Source: a virus
Length of the DNA stretch: 38,485 nucleotides
Virus genome (UHGV): UHGV-0171269
Reading direction: 5' to 3' (one strand)
In this document: positions 8,120 to 16,170 of the stretch, in pieces
How the letters are laid out: every line of letters starts with the position of its first letter
How positions within the stretch are numbered: the first letter of the stretch is position 1
Notes under the pieces: model-generated
What the model was told of the DNA's origin: nothing
Databases searched by the model: none
The model's input: the letters and a program-made list of their open reading frames with translations, nothing else
Translations under genes and position numbers: made by a program

Positions 8120-8959
8120 ATGGCTAAGAATAAACTTGTAGTTCCTTTTTTGAAATGGGTTGGAGGAAAAAGACAACTTATTCCAGAAATTAGAAAGATG
8201 TTACCCAAAGGGGTAGCGAATCGTCCCTACTATGAGCCATTCATCGGAGGCGGAGCTTTATTTTTTGAACTCCAGCCAAAACAAGCAGTTATAAATGATT
8301 ATAACGAAGAGTTGATCAATGTTTATACGGTTATAAGGGACAACCACAATGAACTTATTGAGGATTTAAAGAAACATAAAAATACGTCAGAGTATTTTTA
8401 TGAAATTCGCTCTATGGATAGGCAACCTCTTTTTAAAAATCTTACCACTATCGAGCGAGCATCACGAATTATATATCTCAATAAAACTTGCTATAATGGA
8501 TTATATCGGGTTAATAATGCCGGGGAATTTAATTCTCCATTTGGAAAATATAAAAATCCAAATATTGTCAATGAGCCTGTGATTAAGGAGGTAAGTAAAT
8601 ATTTAAATTCTGGTCGGATTCAAATATCAAATGGTGATTATGAGGTAATTTTGAGAGATATACCAACAAACTCATTTGTGTATTTAGATCCTCCGTATCA
8701 TCCTATTTCAGAGAGTTCTAATTTTACAGGATACGTGCAGGGTGGATGGAGTGAGAGGGATCAGCTTAGGCTAAGAGATGTTTGTAATAGATTAAATAGC
8801 AATGGCATAAAATTTCTCCTATCAAATTCTGCATCTAATTTCATAAAAGAAATTTATGCGGAATACAATATTCATGTAGTACAGGCAAGTCGTGCTATAA
8901 ATTCAGATTCTTCTAAAAGAGGGCAAGTTGATGAATTTTTAATTAGCAATTATGAGTAA
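8120..8959 (+). CDS. dam: DNA N6-adenine methyltransferase (Dam/D12-class)
   Basis: LDPPYHP catalytic motif (DPPY) and the N-terminal FxGGG-like VGGKRQL / PFIGGGALFF SAM-binding region. 279 aa. Confidence 0.8.
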   Translation: MAKNKLVVPFLKWVGGKRQLIPEIRKMLPKGVANRPYYEPFIGGGALFFELQPKQAVINDYNEELINVYTVIRDNHNELIEDLKKHKNTSEYFYEIRSMDRQPLFKNLTTIERASRIIYLNKTCYNGLYRVNNAGEFNSPFGKYKNPNIVNEPVIKEVSKYLNSGRIQISNGDYEVILRDIPTNSFVYLDPPYHPISESSNFTGYVQGGWSERDQLRLRDVCNRLNSNGIKFLLSNSASNFIKEIYAEYNIHVVQASRAINSDSSKRGQVDEFLISNYE

Positions 8960-9083
8960 AATTACTTGCGAAGATTGTTCTGATTTATCCCAGATAGCCG
9001 AAGTTAGAGAAAAAGCAATCGCCATAGCTAAAGAATTGAGTGTAGGCTACTACATGGAAAACGGCGACGAGGATATGAGATGA
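8952..9083 (+). CDS. Possible small CxxC peptide (43 aa) overlapping the dam stop
   Basis: ATG 8952 overlaps the dam 3' end. MSKITCEDCSDLSQIAEVREKAIAIAKELSVGYYMENGDEDMR, TGA at 9081-9083. Weak evidence. Confidence 0.2.
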   Translation: MSKITCEDCSDLSQIAEVREKAIAIAKELSVGYYMENGDEDMR

Positions 9084-9107
9084 ACTACAAACAATAAGAA
9101 GATAATC

Positions 9108-10220
9108 ATGAAAGATGAAAGATTAGGGTTGCCGTCTTGTTCTTCTCTCGCACGTCTCCAGAAATGCCCTCATTCCTTGAGATATGATAGGGAAGAAGAA
9201 AAGAAGGTCGTTACAGAAATAGCTGAAAAAGGAACTAGGATTCACGCATATCTAGCTGGAGAACCTATTCTCTTGAACAAGCAGGAACTAGACCTAGCGA
9301 ATTCCTGCCAAGTCGTAGCGCAACGTGTGATTGAAGAATGGGCAGGAGAAGAAGGAACGCAAGAGCTTCTCAAAGAAGAAAGAGTTTTCTATGAGAGCGC
9401 CGGGAAGAAAATCTATTCGGGGAAACCAGACTTGGCAATTGCTAAGCGCGATGAAGAACTTAAGGGACATATCCTCATCCTAGACTACAAAACAGGGCCG
9501 AATGAATATGAGACAGCTAACCAGAATTTGCAGTTAAGAGGGCTTGCCGTGGCTATCCGGGACTTTATCAGGCGAGAGTATGACGAGGACGTAGAAACCA
9601 TATCCTGCGCCGTTATTCAGCCATTGGTGACGTGGGAGCCGAGCATCATCACTTACTCACGGGCACACCTAGATCAAGCCGAAGAAGAGATTGTTAGTAT
9701 CTGCACTGCCAAGGATCAAGGGCCAGTTGCTAACAGATATTGCAACTTCTGCCAAGGCTTTGTAGTCTGCGACGCTTGCCAAAAAGCAACGGGAGAGGTT
9801 TCCATTATGCGGCAAAACGTCTATGATCTTGTTAAAAGCAAAGACCCACGACAAAGAAGAGAATTATACAACACCGCATGCTTGGCTATAAAGACCGCAT
9901 CATCTATCATCAAAGCGTGTAAAGAAATGTTGCAATCAGGAGAAGAAATACCGGGGTTAGCCCTAAAGGATGGGAAAACTATGCGTCAAATCTCTCCGTT
10001 TGTAGCTAAAATGATAGCTTCACGCTTCATGCCAGAAGCAACTATAGATAACTGTACAAAAATAAGCGTTACAAAACTGTATGAAGAGTTTTACAGAATG
10101 AAGAACATGACCGCGAAGGTATCGCATAAAGAATGCAAGGAGATATTCAACAACATTTTCGGACCATACATCACCACAACAAAACAAGATCAAACAATAA
10201 ACATAGTAAGCAATGAATGA
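9108..10220 (+). CDS. PD-(D/E)xK family nuclease, Cas4/RecB-like, with a Cys4 cluster and an extra ~150-aa C-terminal domain
   Basis: Motifs GKPDLAI...ILILDYKTG (D...D/E-x-K) and CNFCQGFVVCDAC (CxxCx5CxxC), plus N-terminal Cys residues at positions 11 and 20. 370 aa. Confidence 0.55.
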   Translation: MKDERLGLPSCSSLARLQKCPHSLRYDREEEKKVVTEIAEKGTRIHAYLAGEPILLNKQELDLANSCQVVAQRVIEEWAGEEGTQELLKEERVFYESAGKKIYSGKPDLAIAKRDEELKGHILILDYKTGPNEYETANQNLQLRGLAVAIRDFIRREYDEDVETISCAVIQPLVTWEPSIITYSRAHLDQAEEEIVSICTAKDQGPVANRYCNFCQGFVVCDACQKATGEVSIMRQNVYDLVKSKDPRQRRELYNTACLAIKTASSIIKACKEMLQSGEEIPGLALKDGKTMRQISPFVAKMIASRFMPEATIDNCTKISVTKLYEEFYRMKNMTAKVSHKECKEIFNNIFGPYITTTKQDQTINIVSNE

Positions 10221-10383
10221 AGAGGAGATACTGTTATTGGCCAAAGCCGCAGGATATTTAATGCTGATATTTGGAACGTTATTTTACGAATCTCTCAAAG
10301 ACAAAAAAAGATTTAGGATAGCTCTGCTTGTAACAGGAATGCTCTGTCTTGTTATCGGCGGTCAAATCTCAGGAGAAGCATAA
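10213..10383 (+). CDS. Small membrane protein (56 aa), not in the ORF track
   Basis: ATG 10213 overlaps the nuclease stop. MNEEEILLLAKAAGYLMLIFGTLFYESLKDKKRFRIALLVTGMLCLVIGGQISGEA. Confidence 0.3.
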   Translation: MNEEEILLLAKAAGYLMLIFGTLFYESLKDKKRFRIALLVTGMLCLVIGGQISGEA

Positions 10384-10393
10384 AGAAAAGAAT

Positions 10394-10633
10394 ATGAGTA
10401 TAACCAAAGATAGAGTTTGGAAACTGAGTAAAAGGACATTCAGGAAAACAACCAATGAGATGCACCACTTATACAACAATAGAGGTATATATTGGATATC
10501 TCTAACGTTTGAATCCATTGATGATTTATCAGAACGCAGACGAATCAATCTTAAAACGGATAACAAAGAAGAAGCAATCAGGCTTAGGGATAAAATCTTA
10601 AACGATCTGAAAGGAAGATGGATAAAATTATGA
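10394..10633 (+). CDS. Hypothetical basic protein (79 aa). The start is taken at MSITKD rather than the track start at 10349.
   Basis: AAAGAAAAGAAT ATG context. The track's 10349 start would overlap the upstream small ORF. Confidence 0.4.
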   Translation: MSITKDRVWKLSKRTFRKTTNEMHHLYNNRGIYWISLTFESIDDLSERRRINLKTDNKEEAIRLRDKILNDLKGRWIKL

Positions 10634-11868
10634 ATACTCCAAAACGCAAGCCGGGAAGACCTCCAATGAGAAAGGTAACTCCACCAAATGGGAGGATGAC
10701 GAATATGACCCTGACGAAGTATGATACGTGGCGAATTCGAGCTTGTGATGTTGATGAATATGTATCTAATTCTCACCAAAACAAGCCAATGTGTAACAAT
10801 GCAGGCTCTTATGTCTTAGATCTTGAAATGCCAGAACGCCCTCGTCTCATTTCCTTGTTTTCCGGATGTGGTGGAATGGATTTAGGTTTCAAGAAGGCGG
10901 GATTTGATATTGTTTTTGCGAACGATTTTGATTCAGATGCTCAAGCGATATACTCGCTCAATTTGGGCAATATAGATCGGCGTGACATATTGTCAGTTGG
11001 CGAAGATGAAATTCCAGATGGAGATATTCTTACTGCGGGATTCCCGTGCCAGCCGTTCTCTAATGCCGGAAATCGTAAAGGTGTCCACGATTCTCGTGGC
11101 ATGCTATATAAAGAATGTTTACGTATTATTCGAAAGAAGATGCCGAAGGTAATTGTTTTTGAGAATGTTAAGGGATTGCTTTCAACGAAATATATTGATG
11201 GACGCAACTTAGCAGAAGTCATAGTAGAAGATCTGTCCAGCATGAATGGCATTGGATACAATGTTGTGCATCAACTTGTAAACGCATCAGACTATGGCGT
11301 TCCTCAGAATCGTCAGAGAGTTTTGTTTGTTGGTGTACGCAAGGATTTAGGAATCACATTTGAGTTTCCTAAAAAGCAATGTAAAGATAATTTGACATTA
11401 CGGCATATTCTAAACGTACCGTCTGAAGTAGCTAACAATGTAGACTGGTCCCTTTCTCCGCAGGCTTTGGATATGATTAAATATATTCCTGAGGGCGGCT
11501 CGTGGAAAGATGTTCCGTATGAGCATTTAGCCCCTCGTTTCCAAAGAATCAGAGATAATATGAAGAAGTATCATTCGCCTAACTTCTATCGGCGTTTTTC
11601 GAGAGATGAAATTTGCGGAACTATGACAGCATCTGCTCAGCCGGAGAATTGCGGTATTATACATCCCTATGAGGACAGAAGATTTACTGTTCGAGAAGTT
11701 GCACGTATTCAAACCTTCCCCGATGATTTTAACTTCTTAACGGATACAGCACGAAATATAACCGCAATGTATAAAGTCATAGGAAATGCTGTTCCGGTTA
11801 CATTAGCATATAATATTGCTTCTGCAATAATGGAGCAAGTGTTCAAGAAAAATGGAAGCGAAAAGTAA
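10618..11868 (+). CDS. dcm: DNA (cytosine-5)-methyltransferase with a basic N-terminal extension
   Basis: Motif I FSGCGGMDLGF, motif IV GFPCQPFS (PCQ), ENV motif (VFENVKG), C-terminal target-recognition and motif-X region. 416 aa. Confidence 0.85.
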   Translation: MDKIMNTPKRKPGRPPMRKVTPPNGRMTNMTLTKYDTWRIRACDVDEYVSNSHQNKPMCNNAGSYVLDLEMPERPRLISLFSGCGGMDLGFKKAGFDIVFANDFDSDAQAIYSLNLGNIDRRDILSVGEDEIPDGDILTAGFPCQPFSNAGNRKGVHDSRGMLYKECLRIIRKKMPKVIVFENVKGLLSTKYIDGRNLAEVIVEDLSSMNGIGYNVVHQLVNASDYGVPQNRQRVLFVGVRKDLGITFEFPKKQCKDNLTLRHILNVPSEVANNVDWSLSPQALDMIKYIPEGGSWKDVPYEHLAPRFQRIRDNMKKYHSPNFYRRFSRDEICGTMTASAQPENCGIIHPYEDRRFTVREVARIQTFPDDFNFLTDTARNITAMYKVIGNAVPVTLAYNIASAIMEQVFKKNGSEK

Positions 11869-11880
11869 GGGGATAGAATA

Positions 11881-12202
11881 ATGGATACAGATAAAGCATA
11901 CTTATTGGGGTTAATTATAGGTGGTGGCGTATTCGGAAATGCAGAAGATGTATTTAGTATTCGCTTACCATACAAAAAATGGGGTTCATACCTTGAAAAC
12001 CCACAGCGTGCGGGTGAAATTATATGAGGTGTTAAAAGAAACTGGTGAAAATAGAGATATAGAGCAGGCACTTTCTGTAAAAATTAATAAAGAAAAAACA
12101 GTGGGAGAGCTTGAAGAATTAATTCGAAAATGTTCTTCGCTTGAACCACACCAACTAGCTAGAGAGATCGTTAGTAGAATGTATATCACAAATCATGTTT
12201 AA
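11881..12202 (+). CDS. Hypothetical protein encoded in two overlapping frames (11881..12027 and 11921..12202). It may be a single gene interrupted at an A6 run.
   Basis: Frame 1 (48 aa, MDTDKAYLLGLIIGGG..) stops at 12025-12027. Frame 2 opens right after a TAG at 11918 and runs to 12202. Both frames pass the A6 run at 11974-11979. Confidence 0.35.
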
Positions 12203-12719
12203 CCACCAGATCAAAACTATTATAGGCCTTGATCTCTCCCTCACCAGAACAGGCGTTTGTCTGTTCTGCCCGGAAGATCAGGGGGTCTCAGCATCCCATA
12301 TCAAATCAGCTCAGAAAGGACTTCTCAGGCTAGCTGAATTGGAAAACAACCTGAAAAATATCATCTATCCGTTCAGTTCAAATTGTCTTGTGGTCATAGA
12401 GGATTACGCATTTAGCAGGAATGGGAGGAACCTTTTCGGGCTGATCGAGTGGGGAGGAGTCGCTAGGCTTGCTCTGCACAAGATGGGCGTCCAAGCAATC
12501 ACTATCTCGCCTACCGCGCTTAAGAAGTTCGTGACGGGAAAAGGGAACGCCCAAAAAGATATGATGATGCAACAGATACTCAAAAGGTGGGGCTTTGAAG
12601 CATCAAACAATGATGAAGCTGATGCCTATGCTCTGGCCCGTGTAGGAGATTCTATTATCAACCCTGACCGCTACACAAAGGAGCAAATGAAATCTGCATT
12701 GACGTTCAAAAACCTATGA
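12195..12719 (+). CDS. RuvC-like Holliday-junction resolvase
   Basis: N-terminal IIGLDLSLTRTGV (RuvC GIDPG.. motif), VIEDYAF, and C-terminal NNDEADAYALA. 174 aa. Confidence 0.7.
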   Translation: MFNHQIKTIIGLDLSLTRTGVCLFCPEDQGVSASHIKSAQKGLLRLAELENNLKNIIYPFSSNCLVVIEDYAFSRNGRNLFGLIEWGGVARLALHKMGVQAITISPTALKKFVTGKGNAQKDMMMQQILKRWGFEASNNDEADAYALARVGDSIINPDRYTKEQMKSALTFKNL

Positions 12720-13024
12720 TAGATAAGGATAAATTCTTCGTGATTTGCAGGCTCATGGCAGACGGGAATCCTGTTTCCGTCTCTGCCTTAAGAGTTAAAT
12801 CATCCAAAAAAGAATTTATAAGGTATGCGAAATCCTCGCGCAAAAACTATCGAATGTATTGCCGTGCTGTTTACCTGATGAACAAGGCGTACCAGATAGA
12901 AGGGAAACCTAGGAGAATGTTCTTCTATAATAACAGAAAGATTAGTATTCGGGAGAAGAGGGCAACGGAAATGTTTTTGAATCGACGAGGTGACCCTTAT
13001 CTAAGAAACACGCACAGTCATTAA
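12716..13024 (+). CDS. Hypothetical basic protein (102 aa), the last gene of the rightward arm
   Basis: An ATGA stop/start overlap with the RuvC-like gene. Overlaps the 3' end of the convergent minus-strand ORF. Confidence 0.4.
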   Translation: MIDKDKFFVICRLMADGNPVSVSALRVKSSKKEFIRYAKSSRKNYRMYCRAVYLMNKAYQIEGKPRRMFFYNNRKISIREKRATEMFLNRRGDPYLRNTHSH

Positions 13025-13529
13025 ATATCTCTCCGATGAGCCTACCGAATGCTATCCCATTTCCTATGCTCATCATGTGCCCTTCGTCCTTCATGTGGCC
13101 TAGATCAAAATCTATGAAGTCTAATCGCTTGGGAGGATAAACATTCACAAGGCCCTGCCAGTCCTCGCAACAGTAAACATAGTAATCTGTAATGCCTTCC
13201 GAGAAGAACTGATACTTCATCTTGTCCATGACATTGACGGCAAAAGGGCTTCTCCCGTTGGTAGCGATAGTCTTCTTGTAGTCGCTATCAGCCTTTTCAG
13301 TAAGGCGAAATCTAACCACCATTCCAACATTGCTATCGGCAAAGGTCTTGAACTTCTTCCGATTCTCATCCTCATCATAGCCCAGCCGGGAATATTTCGC
13401 CCTGAAATATCTAGGGTTGAGAGTCTTTAAGAATGTTTCGCAAGTGTTTTTAATCAGAACGTTAGAATGAACCATTGTGATTAGTCTAACGTCTTCCTCT
13501 GGATAACACCAACCAGCGATGACTCTCAT
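12942..13529 (-). CDS. Hypothetical protein (195 aa) at the end of the late/lysis arm
   Basis: ORF track. The start overlaps the amidase stop (ATGA). Confidence 0.45.
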   Translation of the reverse strand: MRVIAGWCYPEEDVRLITMVHSNVLIKNTCETFLKTLNPRYFRAKYSRLGYDEDENRKKFKTFADSNVGMVVRFRLTEKADSDYKKTIATNGRSPFAVNVMDKMKYQFFSEGITDYYVYCCEDWQGLVNVYPPKRLDFIDFDLGHMKDEGHMMSIGNGIAFGRLIGEIFNDCACFLDKGHLVDSKTFPLPSSPEY

Positions 13530-14110
13530 CCTTTACAGTAATCTTCCACTCCTAGAGCGATAGAATTAGCGATACTCTCCGGGTGGTGTTTCATCACGTC
13601 TGCATCTCCGGGATTAGTAATGAACCCGCACTCGCAAAGCACCCACACTGGTTTTGTCTTTTTCAGGATTGCAAGATTAGAGCGCTCCTGAATAGCATCA
13701 GCTCTCCCCGGTAAAATGCCAGTCAGATACTCCGCAATACATTGAGCGAGCTTGCGCCCACGGGAAGAGCTTGGGAAAAAGCACACATGGGCACCGTGTG
13801 GGACTGGATTAGGAATAGTGATAATCTCGATCAGCTTGTTTTCATCTACTTCTCTCCTTTTCTTCTGCGCGGAATCGCAATGGATACTGATGCCGAAGTC
13901 ATAGCCGCCAGAATTAGCCGCACGGATAGTAGCATTAAGGTCTCCCGTATTGCTCATGTCGGGGAAGTCAATAACATGGACGTCATGGCCTTTGTCCTTC
14001 AACTCAGTAAACAGGTGGTCCACGATTGAAGTGGCTATGGCATGCTCCTCAAATCCATTCCCACGCGCTCCAGTTCCGCGAGCGTGTCCAATATCAAGCG
14101 CTATTTTCAT
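13526..14110 (-). CDS. N-acetylmuramoyl-L-alanine amidase (Amidase_3-type endolysin)
   Basis: MKIALDIGHARGTGARGNG.. and ISIHCDSA motifs typical of the Zn-dependent Amidase_3 / CwlA family. Confidence 0.7.
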   Translation of the reverse strand: MKIALDIGHARGTGARGNGFEEHAIATSIVDHLFTELKDKGHDVHVIDFPDMSNTGDLNATIRAANSGGYDFGISIHCDSAQKKRREVDENKLIEIITIPNPVPHGAHVCFFPSSSRGRKLAQCIAEYLTGILPGRADAIQERSNLAILKKTKPVWVLCECGFITNPGDADVMKHHPESIANSIALGVEDYCKG

Positions 14111-14304
14111 AAACTATTCCTTTTTATGATGTCTTTTATAATATCTTTAGGGAGGATATCTTCTTCTTGATAGGTAGAGTTAAGATGCCATTCAGAATGT
14201 TGCGCCTTAAATGCAGACCTTTGTCTCTTAGAAGGAATATAATGGCACTCCTTTTTCCCGTTTGTAGTTATTATAAGCAAGCAAGGGATGCCGTCGTCTT
14301 TCAT
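14107..14304 (-). CDS. Small hypothetical protein (65 aa)
   Basis: ORF track. Overlaps the amidase start by 4 nt. Confidence 0.35.
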   Translation of the reverse strand: MKDDGIPCLLIITTNGKKECHYIPSKRQRSAFKAQHSEWHLNSTYQEEDILPKDIIKDIIKRNSL

Positions 14305-14350
14305 ATATTCTGAGAACTCATTAAAACTTCCTAAGATTACTCGGCCGTTG

Positions 14351-14375
14351 AACTGTTTCCAAAATGGAAACAGTT
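14351..14375. other. Perfect 10-bp stem-loop AACTGTTTCC-AAAAT-GGAAACAGTT inside the lysis cassette
   Basis: Inverted repeat read directly. It sits 4 nt downstream (minus sense) of the small membrane ORF stop. No flanking T-run, so it is not a classic terminator. Confidence 0.5.
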
Positions 14376-14379
14376 GGTG

Positions 14380-14532
14380 TTAGCTTTCCTGTAAATATAT
14401 AGCGAAACTTAAAAAAAGGGTACATATGAAAGCCGTCGCCGCCGAATTAGTATCACCGCATAGAACAATGATAATAGAAATGATAGCTCCTAATACTAGG
14501 GCCATTCTGGACAGATAGAGAAATTGTTTCAT
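14380..14532 (-). CDS. Small membrane peptide (50 aa), not in the ORF track
   Basis: A TGATG overlap with the upstream gene. MKQFLYLSRMALVLGAIISIIIVLCGDTNSAATAFICTLFLSFAIYLQES. Confidence 0.3.
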   Translation of the reverse strand: MKQFLYLSRMALVLGAIISIIIVLCGDTNSAATAFICTLFLSFAIYLQES

Positions 14533-14780
14533 CGGGTAATCTTCCTCTCAATAAGTTCCACGCGCACAGACAGAAGCTGGATAGCCTTGGCCGTGTCCAC
14601 TTGGGCCTGCGTCTGCATGGACATAAGGCTACATAAGCGGTCGTTGTAGTTGTTCATGACGTAGCCTATGTACCAGCAGGCGCCCCCACAAATCGCCATA
14701 GACAAAATCAGGCAAGCATACATGGGGGAAGCTTTAGCAAGCTCAAGGAATCTGGCAGGAACTTCTGATATCTTGCACAT
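14529..14780 (-). CDS. Single-pass membrane protein (83 aa), candidate holin or spanin
   Basis: Hydrophobic segment MYACLILSMAICGGACWYIGYVM and a C-terminal coiled-coil-like region. Adjacent to the endolysin. Confidence 0.4.
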   Translation of the reverse strand: MCKISEVPARFLELAKASPMYACLILSMAICGGACWYIGYVMNNYNDRLCSLMSMQTQAQVDTAKAIQLLSVRVELIERKITR

Positions 14781-14788
14781 GGCGAGAA

Positions 14789-15244
14789 CTATTTCTTCAT
14801 GGCTTGCACCACGGGAGGCTTCCCACTAATGATAAGATTGCCGTCTTTATCGACACTGTAGCTTATTTGGCCCCCCTGATCGCCGGAGAGAGTAAGGGAA
14901 GTATTGGCGCACCCGCTAGCCATGAAATAGCCAGCTACGGCAACGATAATTCCACCTATAAGATAGATCAGCTTCTTTGATACTCCACGATCAGAAGCCT
15001 TAACAGCCGCATGCGTCAGGGTAATAGACATGAAGCCGTCGCCAATCATCCAGTTCGCCAGCTCTTCGGCCTTCGCTTTGTCAGACTCAACAGACAAATC
15101 AAGACCAGTCTGCGTAGCAACCTCTTCAACTAGATTCTCAAATTCGTATGTGAGACTTTCCATACAAAACCTAATATACCTGCTCATATTCTTTGTAAAG
15201 GATAAAAGAAGAACAGCGCCGGAATATCCAGCGCTGTTCCACAA
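14789..15244 (-). CDS. Membrane-anchored protein (151 aa), lysis-associated candidate
   Basis: Transmembrane segment LIYLIGGIIVAVAGYFMA. Position in the lysis cassette. Confidence 0.35.
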   Translation of the reverse strand: MWNSAGYSGAVLLLSFTKNMSRYIRFCMESLTYEFENLVEEVATQTGLDLSVESDKAKAEELANWMIGDGFMSITLTHAAVKASDRGVSKKLIYLIGGIIVAVAGYFMASGCANTSLTLSGDQGGQISYSVDKDGNLIISGKPPVVQAMKK

Positions 15245-15297
15245 TTACCCATATGTCGCTATGCTTCCTCGTCGAAGGCGAGAACCTTTTACCATTT

Positions 15298-15690
15298 TTA
15301 CTTCTTCAACGCAACATAATATTGCTGGAGAAGCACAGTTTTTATCTCATCCACTTGAGAAATCAGGAAAGATTCTTCATCTGCAACATCATAGAGATAG
15401 TCACAAATATCATCAATCTTCTCCCGCAAGACCTTTCGCACCACGGAATCGGCCACAGGATCAGGTGTAGGGATGTCCGTCTTGATAACGTCTTCCATCT
15501 CCGTCAGCCCAGCAAACGATTCGCGGAACGTATCGAATAACTTCGATACCTTCTTGTACATGGCGTCCGTGGCCTCATGCACCCAGCCAAGCTCCGTGTA
15601 TTGGTGCGTGTTCTGGATGAAGTCTAGGAATACATTCAGTCTTGAAAGGTCTAGCTTTTTCATCATTCCGAGATTTGTTTTACGTACCAA
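15298..15690 (-). CDS. Hypothetical protein. The likely true start is M10 at 15663, which makes a TGATG overlap with the upstream stop.
   Basis: ORF track. The plus-strand sequence CATCA at 15661-15665 gives a coupled stop/start. Confidence 0.4.
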   Translation of the reverse strand: MVRKTNLGMMKKLDLSRLNVFLDFIQNTHQYTELGWVHEATDAMYKKVSKLFDTFRESFAGLTEMEDVIKTDIPTPDPVADSVVRKVLREKIDDICDYLYDVADEESFLISQVDEIKTVLLQQYYVALKK

Positions 15691-16112
15691 GATACATCGG
15701 CCGCTATAGTAACGGCTCCTGCCCCTCCGTTAAGTTCAACATTAAATACATCTTCTGCAAAATTCTTTGTATGTTTAACATAGAACTTACAGGAAATGAC
15801 TTGAGATGCTACTTTCTTAGTTAAGTGATAAAGCCCATAGGTTTGGCCTGCGTACAATTCAGGGGCCATAGGATAATATCCATTAAGAGTTGAAACGTAG
15901 GTCAAGGGAAAATTCGCCATATTGATCGCGGCAACAGGCAAATTAAATTTGCCGAAACTATCGCTAACTCCAAATGCAGTAACAATAGCTGTCATAGAAT
16001 TTCCAGTGACAACAACGCCTACTTCATAAATTCCAGAAGGTGCTTCTTCTGGGAACTTCATATTGTCGCTGGTGTAATCATACCCAGTGACAGCTAATTG
16101 CTTATAATACAT
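15663..16112 (-). CDS. Tail-fibre-associated protein (149 aa), a candidate receptor-binding or fibre-assembly protein
   Basis: Sits immediately distal to the tail-fibre gene. Beta-rich composition. A C10 tract lies 18 nt upstream of its ATG. Confidence 0.3.
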   Translation of the reverse strand: MYYKQLAVTGYDYTSDNMKFPEEAPSGIYEVGVVVTGNSMTAIVTAFGVSDSFGKFNLPVAAINMANFPLTYVSTLNGYYPMAPELYAGQTYGLYHLTKKVASQVISCKFYVKHTKNFAEDVFNVELNGGAGAVTIAADVSWYVKQISE

Positions 16113-16130
16113 ATCTTTTTTCTTTTTAGT

Positions 16131-16140
16131 GGGGGGGGGG
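16131..16140. repeat. G10 homopolymer (C10 on the transcribed minus strand)
   Basis: Read directly. Between the tail-fibre stop (16171) and the next start (16112). Confidence 0.9.
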
Positions 16141-16170
16141 TGGAATAACTTGCCGCTTCGGCTTCGGTAA

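Noticed and set aside
11881-12027. LAGLIDADG-like N-terminus (KAYLLGLIIGGG)
   Set aside because: The hydrophobic pattern resembles the motif, but both catalytic acidic residues are missing and the protein is too short. This is probably coincidence.
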